DNA of 64,000 nt, from assembly GCA_963664295.1 (NCBI GenBank), contig OY760935.1:736001-800000 (forward strand), given 5' to 3'. Position numbers and translations under genes: made by a program. Each line of letters begins with the position of its first letter. The first letter of the stretch is position 1. The stretch comes from Candidatus Altimarinota bacterium (GTDB lineage: Bacteria > Patescibacteriota > Gracilibacteria > CAIRYL01 > GCA-016699755). Below, one piece after another: positions 38,815-47,450 of the stretch. Below the pieces are notes generated by a model that was not told where the DNA came from, did not search any database, and saw nothing but the letters and a program-made list of their open reading frames with translations.

Positions 38815-39939
38815 TTAAAAGAGGCCGTTAAAAAAGCCCTTGTTATCAACAATTTCGACCTTAGCTGTTTTTGCTAATTCTTGATAATGTTTTTTTTCTT
38901 CAGAACTAACCTTTTTAGGAACTTCAACTTGTATATGCACATAATGATCACCATAACCGGCACGATTAACATGTGGCATGCCCTTACCTTTTATGCGAAA
39001 AATTTGACCAAATTGAGTACCTGCAGGAATTTTTAATACAGTATCTCCATGCATTGTTTTAATACTTTTTTTTGTGCCAAGCACCGCCTCTGTAAGATGT
39101 AAAGTTTGCATTGTGTGAATATCGCTTCCTTCCCTTTTATAACCTTTTAGCGGAGTTATGTCAATATTTACAAACAAATCTCCACTTTTTGCACCTCGTT
39201 CACCTGCCTCACCCTTACCAGGAATACGCAATGTCATACCACTTTCAATGCCTGCTGGTATTTCTATTTTTATGTCAAGTTTTTGACGAACTCGACCAGT
39301 GCCATTACATTTTTCACAAGGTTTTTCTGGAACTTGCCCCCTACCTCCGCACTTATGACAAATAGTGCTAGTTTGCACATAGCCCAATGGTGTCCTACGA
39401 CGCTCTGTTTTTTGTCCTGTTCCCTGACACTCCGAACAATTCACATATTTTGAATCTTTTGCATGACCCTTGCCTTCACACTCAGCACAAGCAACAAAAG
39501 TTTCTAAGCTAATTGTCTTTGTTGCTCCTTCAAAGGCTTCTTTAAGAGTTATTGTGATGTTGGTTTTTAGGTCACGACCCTTACCACTTGGTTTTCTAGC
39601 TCTTCCTCCCATGCCTCCCATGCCACCACCAAAAAAAGTTTCAAAAATATCACCAAGTCCACCAGTAAAATCAAAATCAACTCCATTAAAACCACCAAAA
39701 CCGCCACCAAAACCTCCTGCACCTGGTCCACCAGTGGTGCCAAATTGATCATATTGTGCTCTTTTTTGTGGATCAGAAAGCACTTCATACGCTCCTTGGA
39801 TTTCTTTAAACTTATCCTCTGCGCCTTTTTCTTTATTCACATCAGGATGATATTTAGCAGCCAATTTTCTATAAGCACGCTTAATATCCGCATCTGATGC
39901 TTTTTTATCTATGCCTAAAATTTGATATAAATCTTTCAT
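38815..39939 (-). CDS. dnaJ: Chaperone DnaJ
   Basis: HPD J-domain, G/F region, four CxxCxGxG repeats. Confidence 0.98.
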   Translation of the reverse strand: MKDLYQILGIDKKASDADIKRAYRKLAAKYHPDVNKEKGAEDKFKEIQGAYEVLSDPQKRAQYDQFGTTGGPGAGGFGGGFGGFNGVDFDFTGGLGDIFETFFGGGMGGMGGRARKPSGKGRDLKTNITITLKEAFEGATKTISLETFVACAECEGKGHAKDSKYVNCSECQGTGQKTERRRTPLGYVQTSTICHKCGGRGQVPEKPCEKCNGTGRVRQKLDIKIEIPAGIESGMTLRIPGKGEAGERGAKSGDLFVNIDITPLKGYKREGSDIHTMQTLHLTEAVLGTKKSIKTMHGDTVLKIPAGTQFGQIFRIKGKGMPHVNRAGYGDHYVHIQVEVPKKVSSEEKKHYQELAKTAKVEIVDNKGFFNGLF

Positions 39940-40012
39940 TAGCGTTTTTTGAGGATAATTATTATACTAAAACACGCTTTTATCAAAACAATTTTAATTT
40001 TTTTATTAAAAA

Positions 40013-40039
40013 TTGTCAATCTAAGCTCTAGAGTGCTAA
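40013..40039. promoter_or_regulatory. CIRCE-like HrcA operator overlapping the dnaJ -35
   Basis: TTGTCAATC-N9-GAGTGCTAA (one arm 9/9, the other 6/9 to TTAGCACTC-N9-GAGTGCTAA); minus-strand TTGACA-17-TAAAAT promoter. Confidence 0.7.
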
Positions 40040-40063
40040 AATTTTTCTACTTTAATATAAAAA

Positions 40064-40516
40064 ATGTATTGTCCAAAATGTAAAGCTGAAGACACTCGTG
40101 TAATCGATTCCCGTATTGCTGAAGAAGGACGAACTATTCGCAGAAGAAGAGAGTGTGAAAAATGCGGAACCCGCTTTACTACATTTGAAAGAATTGAGCT
40201 CGTTGGTCTCATGGTACGCAAAACTAATGACACAACAGAACCATACTCTAGAAAAAAACTCGAAAGAGGAATTAGTCTTTCTTGCGGAAAAAGACCAGTC
40301 ACCCGAGAACAAATCGACGAAACAATTCGTTTACTAGAAGAAAAATGGAGTATGCGCAAAGAAATAAGTTCAAAAGAAATTGGCGAAAACCTAATGCAGG
40401 AGTTAAAAAAACTTGATCATGTGGCTTTCATTCGCTTTGCTAGTATTTATCGCAACTTCAAAGATGTTGAAGAGTTTAAGAAAGAATTAAGCACACTTTT
40501 TAACAAAAACAAATAA
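40064..40516 (+). CDS. nrdR: Transcriptional repressor NrdR
   Basis: MYCPKC...VIDSR...IRRRRECEKCGTRFTTFE; ATP cone; VAFIRFASIY. Confidence 0.97.
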   Translation: MYCPKCKAEDTRVIDSRIAEEGRTIRRRRECEKCGTRFTTFERIELVGLMVRKTNDTTEPYSRKKLERGISLSCGKRPVTREQIDETIRLLEEKWSMRKEISSKEIGENLMQELKKLDHVAFIRFASIYRNFKDVEEFKKELSTLFNKNK

Positions 40517-40574
40517 ACTAGCTTTTTTTATTAGTTTTATGGAAAATAAGGTGTGAAATATTTTTTAATTTGCT

Positions 40575-40817
40575 ATGGCAGATAAAAAAATCAGAAAAAA
40601 AGCCAGTAAGTTTCTCCTAGGTGTAGTCATAGGTAGTGCAGTAGGTTCCATACTAGGCTTAACAATGGCTCCAAAATCCGGTCGAGAAATGCGCGGAGAA
40701 ATAGCAAAAAACTCCAAAAAAACTTGGCAAAAAGTCGAGAATGTTATTGAAAAAAAATCAGCTTCCAACCGTTTTTGGGAATTTCTTCATCATATTTTTA
40801 TTCGCAAAAAAAAGTAA
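40575..40817 (+). CDS. YtxH-like small protein
   Basis: FLLGVVIGSAVGSILGLTMAPKSGREMR. Confidence 0.85.
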   Translation: MADKKIRKKASKFLLGVVIGSAVGSILGLTMAPKSGREMRGEIAKNSKKTWQKVENVIEKKSASNRFWEFLHHIFIRKKK

Positions 40818-40874
40818 TAATTAATTATTACTTTTTCTCTTAAATTAAGAGAAAACAGCAAAAACAATTAAAAA

Positions 40875-42671
40875 ATGATAATTCAGCCTTTCAAAAAACC
40901 AAGCTTTGCAAGCATAAAACTTCCCGGTTCAAAGTCTATAACTAACCGGGTTTATTTATATTCTGCATTAGCACAGGGAACAACAGAATTAAATAATGTT
41001 CTTGAAAGTGAAGACACAGAGATAATGCGCACTGCCTTAGAACAATTTGATATAAATATCGAAAATAATAAAGTTCACGGAAAAGGCGGAAAATTCACAA
41101 AAAAAGGTGACCTAGAAATATATTGTGGCAATGCTGGCACAGCTACCCGCTTTCTCATAGCAATAGCAGGATTAAGAAAAGGTACAACAATTTTTAAAGG
41201 CAAAGAAAGAATGCACTCAAGGCCAATAGAGCCACTATTGCAATCTTTAAGAGATTTAGGAGTAAAAGCAGAAAGCATTAACAATAATAATTGTCCACCA
41301 GTAAAAATCATTGGCACAGGCAAAATAAAAGGAGGTAAAACAAAAATGCGTGGAGACCTTTCCAGTCAATTTTTTTCTGCACTTCTAGCCCTTGCGCCAC
41401 TGTGTGAAAATCCAGTAGAAATTGAAATTGAAGAAAAACTAGTTTCCAAGCCATATCTTGAAATGACTATTGCTCTTTTAAAAAAATTTGGTATTCAAGT
41501 TGATTTCAGTGGACAATTTCTCAAAATAAAACCACAAAAATATATTTCACCAAAAAAATTTGAAATAGAAGGAGATGCCTCATCAGCAAGCCACTTGCTT
41601 AGTATAACCACAGCAGTAGGAGGTTATCTCGAGGTTTATCCATTGCCCGCAGATTCAGTTCAAGGTGATGCAAAATTCTGCACTGTCCTAGAAAAAATGG
41701 GTGCAAAATATGAACAAAAAGAAAATAAATTAATTTTAATTCGCAATCCCGAAAAATACTTAAAACCATTAGTAGAAATTAACCTTGAAAACATGCCTGA
41801 TGCAGCCATGAACGCAGTGGTATTATCCACATTAGCCAGTGGAGAATCGACAATTAAAGGCTTATCCACGCTTCGCCACAAAGAAACAGATAGAATAAGT
41901 GCATTAACAACAGAATTAAAAAAACTAGGAGCAATTGCGGAAAAAGGAGACGACTTTATAAGCATAAAAGGAGGAAAAGAACTAAACGGAGCAGAAATAG
42001 AAACCTACGACGACCATAGAATGGCAATGTGCTTTGCCGTATTAGGAGCAAAAATAAAAAATATAGATATAAAAGATCCAGATTGTGTTAAAAAAACTTT
42101 CCCCAATTTCTGGAAAGTTTTTGAAAAAATGAAACCCAAAAAAAACATAGTATTAAGCGGAATGCGCTGTTCAGGTAAGACAGAACTAGGAAAAAGACTA
42201 GCCAAAACTTGGGAATGGGATTTTTTTGACACGGACCAATATATAGAAGAAAAAGCAGGCAAAACAATTAACGAAATTGTTGCAGAAAATGGCTGGGATT
42301 ATTTCCGCGAACTCGAACACATTGCCTGTAAAAAAGCCAGTGAAATGAGCAATACAGTAATTGCTCTCGGCGGAGGCGCAATCACCTTTCCAAAAAACCA
42401 AGAATTACTAAAAAACTCCCTCAAAATATTCTTACAAATGCCATTAGAAATACTTTGTGATCGCATAGCAAAAACAAGCGATAGGCCATCATTAACCGGT
42501 CAATCACACATTGAAGAAATGGAAAAAATCTGGGACGAACGCAAAAAAATCTACTTAGAAACAGCAGATTTAGTAATAAAATTCAATAATAACGATATTG
42601 AAGACAATGCAAATAATCTATTGACAAAATTGGAAACTTTGTATAAGATAATATCCTTTGCCAAGAGCTAA
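40875..42671 (+). CDS. aroA: EPSP synthase fused to a C-terminal shikimate kinase (AroA-AroK)
   Basis: LPGSKSITNR, GNAGTATR, SSQF, RHKETDR, DDHRMAM; then GMRCSGKT, DTD, FRELE, GGG, RP. Confidence 0.95.
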   Translation: MIIQPFKKPSFASIKLPGSKSITNRVYLYSALAQGTTELNNVLESEDTEIMRTALEQFDINIENNKVHGKGGKFTKKGDLEIYCGNAGTATRFLIAIAGLRKGTTIFKGKERMHSRPIEPLLQSLRDLGVKAESINNNNCPPVKIIGTGKIKGGKTKMRGDLSSQFFSALLALAPLCENPVEIEIEEKLVSKPYLEMTIALLKKFGIQVDFSGQFLKIKPQKYISPKKFEIEGDASSASHLLSITTAVGGYLEVYPLPADSVQGDAKFCTVLEKMGAKYEQKENKLILIRNPEKYLKPLVEINLENMPDAAMNAVVLSTLASGESTIKGLSTLRHKETDRISALTTELKKLGAIAEKGDDFISIKGGKELNGAEIETYDDHRMAMCFAVLGAKIKNIDIKDPDCVKKTFPNFWKVFEKMKPKKNIVLSGMRCSGKTELGKRLAKTWEWDFFDTDQYIEEKAGKTINEIVAENGWDYFRELEHIACKKASEMSNTVIALGGGAITFPKNQELLKNSLKIFLQMPLEILCDRIAKTSDRPSLTGQSHIEEMEKIWDERKKIYLETADLVIKFNNNDIEDNANNLLTKLETLYKIISFAKS

Positions 42672-43150
42672 TAATGTAAGTCAGTTAAATCAAACATTTG
42701 TTTTGGCAAAGAATTGGGCAAGAGACGGGGAATTTTTCACCTGCTCACTCAACAAATCATTGGTGTAGCAGAGGTGTCCCCCCGTCTCAACGATACTCAT
42801 TACGATCATCAAAGGGACAAATCGAATGAGCTAGGTGCAAAATCGTCGACTCGGCGAAAATGCATCAGCTCCCTACCGTTCTTTGGCATATCTGTAAACC
42901 GGAATGCCAGCGGTATTTTTTGTTTTTATTTTTTTTGGACCTGCTATACGCAAGGTTAAAAACAATTTTTTTATTTTTGTTTTTTTTGTTCACCTCACAA
43001 GGAGGCTACTTTTTAATGGTGTCGGCCAGAGTCGAGTGGCCATCAAAAAGTAGGGAGGAAGAGAGCTTGAATATTTTTATGTTTCAATTAAGATTAATTT
43101 GGTTTCAAGCCCCAATTCCTAACTACCATTTCCGTCTCTGTCAAAGATCA
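42653..43150. ncRNA. Candidate large structured ncRNA (locus B) between convergent sigma70-type promoters
   Basis: About 9 consecutive hairpins plus long-range complementarities; + promoter at 42621-42649, - promoter at 43191-43163 followed by boxA-like GATCTTTGACA. Confidence 0.6.
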
Positions 43151-43242
43151 AGTTATCAGATAATTTTATCAAAAATTTTCTCATCAGTCAATCACTTCCT
43201 TTTTCTTAACGTTTCATACTATAATACTATAATTTAAAATAA

Positions 43243-43833
43243 ATGTCAAATCTAAAAGGTAAATTATTTTTACTCATCGGACCCTCTGGAGTAGGCAAAG
43301 GCACAATAATAAAAAACCTCAAAAAACAGCATAAAAACTGGGTATTTCCGGTTTCCGTCACAACTCGCAAAAAAAGACCCGGCGAAAAAGAAGGCAAAAC
43401 TTATTATTTTTACAGCAAAGAAAAATTCGAAAAACAAAAAAAAGAAGGAGCTTTCCTGGAGTGGGCATGTGTACATGGCAAAAATTATTATGGTCTCCTC
43501 AAAAAAACAGTTTTTGATGCACTAAAAAAAGGCAAAGTTGTCTTTCGTGAAATAGATATACAAGGATTTGAAAGCGTGCGCGAAATCGTACCAAAAGAAA
43601 ACTTAGTATCAATTTTTCTTTTACCGCCAAGCCTAGAATTGCTAGAAAAAAGAATTCGAGAAAGATCACCACTAACAGACGAAGAAGTAGCCAATAGATT
43701 AAAAAGCGCAAAAAAAGAAATATCCTTAGCAAAAGAGTGTACTTATCAGGTACAAACAGTGAACCTAGAAATCGAAAAAGGTGTAAAAGACATAGAAAAT
43801 ATTGTTTTTAGTGAACTTGCTGACAAAAGCTGA
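43243..43833 (+). CDS. gmk: Guanylate kinase
   Basis: GPSGVGKGT, SVTTRKKRPGEKEG, FLEWA, YYG. Confidence 0.96.
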   Translation: MSNLKGKLFLLIGPSGVGKGTIIKNLKKQHKNWVFPVSVTTRKKRPGEKEGKTYYFYSKEKFEKQKKEGAFLEWACVHGKNYYGLLKKTVFDALKKGKVVFREIDIQGFESVREIVPKENLVSIFLLPPSLELLEKRIRERSPLTDEEVANRLKSAKKEISLAKECTYQVQTVNLEIEKGVKDIENIVFSELADKS

Positions 43834-43866
43834 TTTTGCTAAGCTATTGCTTGTTCTAAAAAATAA

Positions 43867-43941
43867 TGCCCGGTAGCCAAGCGGTAAGGCAGGGGACTCT
43901 GAATCCTCTATGCGTAGGTTCGAATCCTACCCGGGCAGCCA
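43867..43941 (+). tRNA. tRNA-Gln (anticodon CTG)
   Basis: TGCCCGGTAGCCAAGCGGTAAGGCA...CTCTGAA loop...GGTTCGAATCC...GGGCAGCCA. Confidence 0.96.
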
Positions 43942-43989
43942 TTTAAAAACAGTTGTCACAAAGTGACAATTTTTTTAAATTATTGTTTA

Positions 43990-44125
43990 GGTAGGATCGA
44001 GAACCTGGTTCGACACTCAAGCGAGCGAGAGAATTTGCGCTTGTGCAAAATTCCGAGCAAGCGCAGAAGGCCTTGTTTTTGAGGAGCAAAGCTCCGAAAA
44101 AATGAGCATCCTACCCGGGCAGCCA
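43990..44125 (+). repeat. tRNA-linked structured element ending in an 18-bp copy of the tRNA-Gln 3' end
   Basis: ATCCTACCCGGGCAGCCA at 43924-43941 and 44108-44125. Confidence 0.8.
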
Positions 44126-44186
44126 GTTGCTTAGCGATAATTACAAAATTATCGTCTTTTTTGTCAAAAAACAGTAAATTATAAAT

Positions 44187-45038
44187 ATGAAAATATTACT
44201 TAAAATCACTATTTTCTACTTGTTTATGGTAAGCTTTCTGTCAAGCACTATGGCAACAGCCGGCTGGGCAGAATGGTCTTATGATTTTGAATATAATAAT
44301 TTTATTGAACTTAACAAATGGGTACCTGACGATGAATGCAAAAACTGTTTTCATATAATATCAAAAAGCAATCGCTATCAAGAAAGAACTATAAAACCAC
44401 TAAAAAAAATAAGCATACCTAAAAATAATAATGAGCCATTGCTTATAGCACAAACAATAGATGATATTTGGCATATATATAACTCTCAAAAAAACGAAGT
44501 TATTTTAAGTGGAAACAAAAAGGACATTCTACAAAAATGGCAAGGATTAGGTTTTCAAAAACCAAAATTTATTAATGATGATTTATCAGATGTATTTAGC
44601 GAAACGCATTACTCTAAAGCGCAAAACGAAAAGCATGATCAACTTTTACTAATACTAAGTTTATATATGATACTTCCTGTTTTATTACCTATATCAATTG
44701 CTATTTTTTTATGGATATTTTTTTGCTTGGCATTAAAATTTAAAATTATTAATAACAAACTAAATTATAAATATTTTTTAATCTATCCTCAATTTATAAT
44801 GTTTTTTGAGGGCTTAGTATTAAAAAAATGGCTCAATGACTCTTTTAATATAAACACAGCTAACATTTTTATCGACTATTGGATCTGTTTCTTGCCTTTT
44901 ATAATTTTCCCGCTAATTTTGTTAATCAGTAAAATTAATAAAAAACAAATCAATAAAATTAATCTTTGGGAATTTTTTCTATTTTATCCTGCCACAACAG
45001 GTTTTTATTTCTATTTTCTATTTTTTGTACTACTATAA
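44187..45038 (+). CDS. Hypothetical membrane protein (very AT-rich)
   Basis: Signal peptide, soluble domain, about 4 C-terminal TM helices. Confidence 0.7.
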   Translation: MKILLKITIFYLFMVSFLSSTMATAGWAEWSYDFEYNNFIELNKWVPDDECKNCFHIISKSNRYQERTIKPLKKISIPKNNNEPLLIAQTIDDIWHIYNSQKNEVILSGNKKDILQKWQGLGFQKPKFINDDLSDVFSETHYSKAQNEKHDQLLLILSLYMILPVLLPISIAIFLWIFFCLALKFKIINNKLNYKYFLIYPQFIMFFEGLVLKKWLNDSFNINTANIFIDYWICFLPFIIFPLILLISKINKKQINKINLWEFFLFYPATTGFYFYFLFFVLL

Positions 45039-45043
45039 GCCCC

Positions 45044-45790
45044 ATGAACATAACAATAAAAACACCGGAAGAAATTCAAATCATGCGTGAAGGTGGCAAA
45101 ATCCTTGCCACAATCTTAAAAACACTCAAAAAAGAAGTTAAAGAAGGAATAAGCACAGCAGAACTCAATCAAATTGCACTCAATATGTGTGCGCAATATA
45201 ATGTTCAACCTAGTTTTTTAGGATATGGAGGATTTCCTGGTGCAATTTGCGCCAGCGTAAATGAAGAAATAGTTCATGGAATTCCTTCAGATAAAAAACT
45301 AAAAAAAGGCGATTTAATTAGCATCGATTTTGGTGTATATCATAAAGGACTACACACAGACTCCTGCATTACTGTACCAGTTGGTGAGATTTCTCCACAA
45401 AAACAAAAATTATTAAAAGTCACAAAAGAAGCTCTAAATAATGCCATTTCCCTAGTTCGCGATGGCGTTCAGCTTGGTGATATTTCTAATATTATCCAAG
45501 AAACTGCGGAAAAAAATGGCTTTAATATAGTAAAAAACCTGACTGGACATGGTATAGGTGAAAATCTCCACGAAGAACCTCAAGTTCTTAATTTTGGCAA
45601 AAAAGGCACAGGAATAGTTTTAAAAAAAGGCATGACCATTGCAATTGAGCCAATTATTACTATTGGAAGCCCAAAAAACTACACCCTGAGTGACGATTGG
45701 ACCATTGTCACAGAAGACGGGTCGCTATCTGGTCATTTTGAACACACAATGGCAGTCACTCAAAACGGCGCTGATATACTGACAACCTAA
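45044..45790 (+). CDS. map: Methionine aminopeptidase type I
   Basis: SVNEEIVHGIP, DFG, TDS, GHGIG..LHEEP, AIEP, HFEHT; ATG at 45044. Confidence 0.97.
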   Translation: MNITIKTPEEIQIMREGGKILATILKTLKKEVKEGISTAELNQIALNMCAQYNVQPSFLGYGGFPGAICASVNEEIVHGIPSDKKLKKGDLISIDFGVYHKGLHTDSCITVPVGEISPQKQKLLKVTKEALNNAISLVRDGVQLGDISNIIQETAEKNGFNIVKNLTGHGIGENLHEEPQVLNFGKKGTGIVLKKGMTIAIEPIITIGSPKNYTLSDDWTIVTEDGSLSGHFEHTMAVTQNGADILTT

Positions 45791-46725
45791 AAACTAAGTC
45801 GATAAGCCTGATCTCCCTCTAAAAGCAACAAAATGCTATCCTCGCTTTCGCAATTTATTTGTAAAAGAGGTTTGTTGATTGAAAAATCAATTATTTGTGT
45901 TTTGTCTACCAAATCATCGACACTTATTTGATAAAAAGCGTTATTTTCCACAATAAAAAAACTTTTTTTATTATCTACAACACAAATTGAATTTAAATCT
46001 GTATCAAAATTAAACTCTTGAAAGTCTTCATCGTTTTTTCTAAACAAAATTCCACCTTCAGCCTGTACAAACAAAAAATTCTTATCAAAATAAACTTCTT
46101 TTATCTGCTTTCCTGCCAATAATTGATATTTTCTTTTTCTTTTTATGTCAACTTCAAAAAGTTGATTATCCGCTACAACAAATGCTTTATTGCCAGCAGG
46201 ATAAATATCTGCCTTTTCTATTCCCTCAAATTGAGATACAAATTCACGCTTTCCGTTTACGCCTAAAAAATAAAACTTATTATCTTCTCGGCTCAAAACA
46301 AAAACATTACCAACTTCATCAACAGCATAAAAATCTTCAACAGAAAAAGAAGAAATTGGCGTTAAATTTTCTTTAAAAACTGCTGGCACTTGTTCAAGCT
46401 GATCCAAAGAGGGTATTTTTTTAGGCTTAACAAGAACTACTTTGTGTTGACCTAATGTAGCATTTACCTCTGCAGAAGTTTGAAAAAATCCTTCTTTATT
46501 AATTCGCACAATATATTTATCTGGAGGTAAAGAAAATTCGCAATTTTCTTTTTCACATTGCAAACGAGCATGACCAACAAAATCTGCCTCAAAAGGAGCT
46601 TTAATGCCCTCAAAAGAAACAAAGCCTTTATTTAACCAAACTCTAAAAATCAACAAGCCAATTAAAACTATTGACGCAAGTAATAAAAACTTTTTGTTCT
46701 GAAATAAATTAGCTAGAAAGTTCAT
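45787..46725 (-). CDS. Hypothetical membrane-anchored protein (PEGA-like segment, possible beta-propeller)
   Basis: N-terminal TM helix; LPPDKYIVRINKEGF. Confidence 0.7.
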   Translation of the reverse strand: MNFLANLFQNKKFLLLASIVLIGLLIFRVWLNKGFVSFEGIKAPFEADFVGHARLQCEKENCEFSLPPDKYIVRINKEGFFQTSAEVNATLGQHKVVLVKPKKIPSLDQLEQVPAVFKENLTPISSFSVEDFYAVDEVGNVFVLSREDNKFYFLGVNGKREFVSQFEGIEKADIYPAGNKAFVVADNQLFEVDIKRKRKYQLLAGKQIKEVYFDKNFLFVQAEGGILFRKNDEDFQEFNFDTDLNSICVVDNKKSFFIVENNAFYQISVDDLVDKTQIIDFSINKPLLQINCESEDSILLLLEGDQAYRLSF

Positions 46726-46747
46726 AAGCTAATTATACATAAAAATC

Positions 46748-47076
46748 GGCGCCGTATAAGCCGAATTCTGTCGAGGGCAATCATCTATCTAGACATATTG
46801 TTGCCAATATGTTCCAGCAGCGGGCGAATTTATAAACCCAAAGCAAGGTTAAATTATAAATTCCCCATCCCGCCTTGCACACAAGTGGGGTTTACCAAGA
46901 CTTCTTTGTCGCCAAAGATCTCCCCGAAAACTAAGGGGCGTTTCATATTTCTCGTCTCTGCGGCACTTTCCGTACCTGAATCTTATTAGGTTTTCAGGTC
47001 ATTTCCGTTAGAAATCACTTTTGCTTTTGTGTGTTCGGACTTTCCTCCTCGCAAGCGAGGCGATTGCCACGGCGCC
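46748..47076 (-). ncRNA. rnpB: RNase P RNA
   Basis: GAGGAAAGTCC near the 5' end, ACAGAATTCGGCTTAT near the 3' end, P1 helix GGCGCCGT/ACGGCGCC. Confidence 0.96.
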
Positions 47077-47091
47077 AATTTTCAAAGAGCT
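47077..47091 (-). promoter_or_regulatory. boxA-like leader AGCTCTTTGAAAATT upstream of rnpB
   Basis: Identical to 12484-12498. Confidence 0.7.
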
Positions 47092-47140
47092 CATATATTA
47101 TTCATAAAAAAATATATTTTGTAAAGAGTTAGCAAAATTA

Positions 47141-47359
47141 ATTGAGCAACTATAGAAATTAAAGTATTAGTTTAATAAAGGAAAGGTTTTTAGCAGAATG
47201 CGAGGAGAACGGTGCGAAAAGTGGAGTGGGCGAATTAAATCAATGAGCACACGGAACAAAAAGCATGATTTTTAAAGAAAAAAGCTTTAGTTTTTTCAAA
47301 AAAACCAAGTCCGACCCATTCGAGTTTCTTTTTGCTTACAAAAAGAAAAGATAGAAAAA
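47141..47359. repeat. Dispersed ~220-bp non-coding repeat, copy 2
   Basis: Near-identical to 23526-23802. Confidence 0.9.
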
Positions 47360-47450
47360 TAAAAATAGTTCAAAACAATGATGATCAATAAAAACAACCT
47401 TGAACAATCCCTCTCAAAAAGGCAAAATTACATATATATTAAAAACTCAC

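Noticed and set aside
42653-43150. SRP RNA, 6S RNA, T-box or group I/II intron identity for locus B (and locus A)
   Set aside because: I could not find the SRP helix-8 motif, a single 6S-like rod, a T-box sequence, group I P7 motifs or a group II domain V by eye; a divergent member cannot be excluded without cmscan
42714-43237. 81-aa and 125-aa ORFs across locus B
   Set aside because: Overlapping frames, atypical composition, run through poly-T tracts; hairpin density is better explained by nucleic-acid structure
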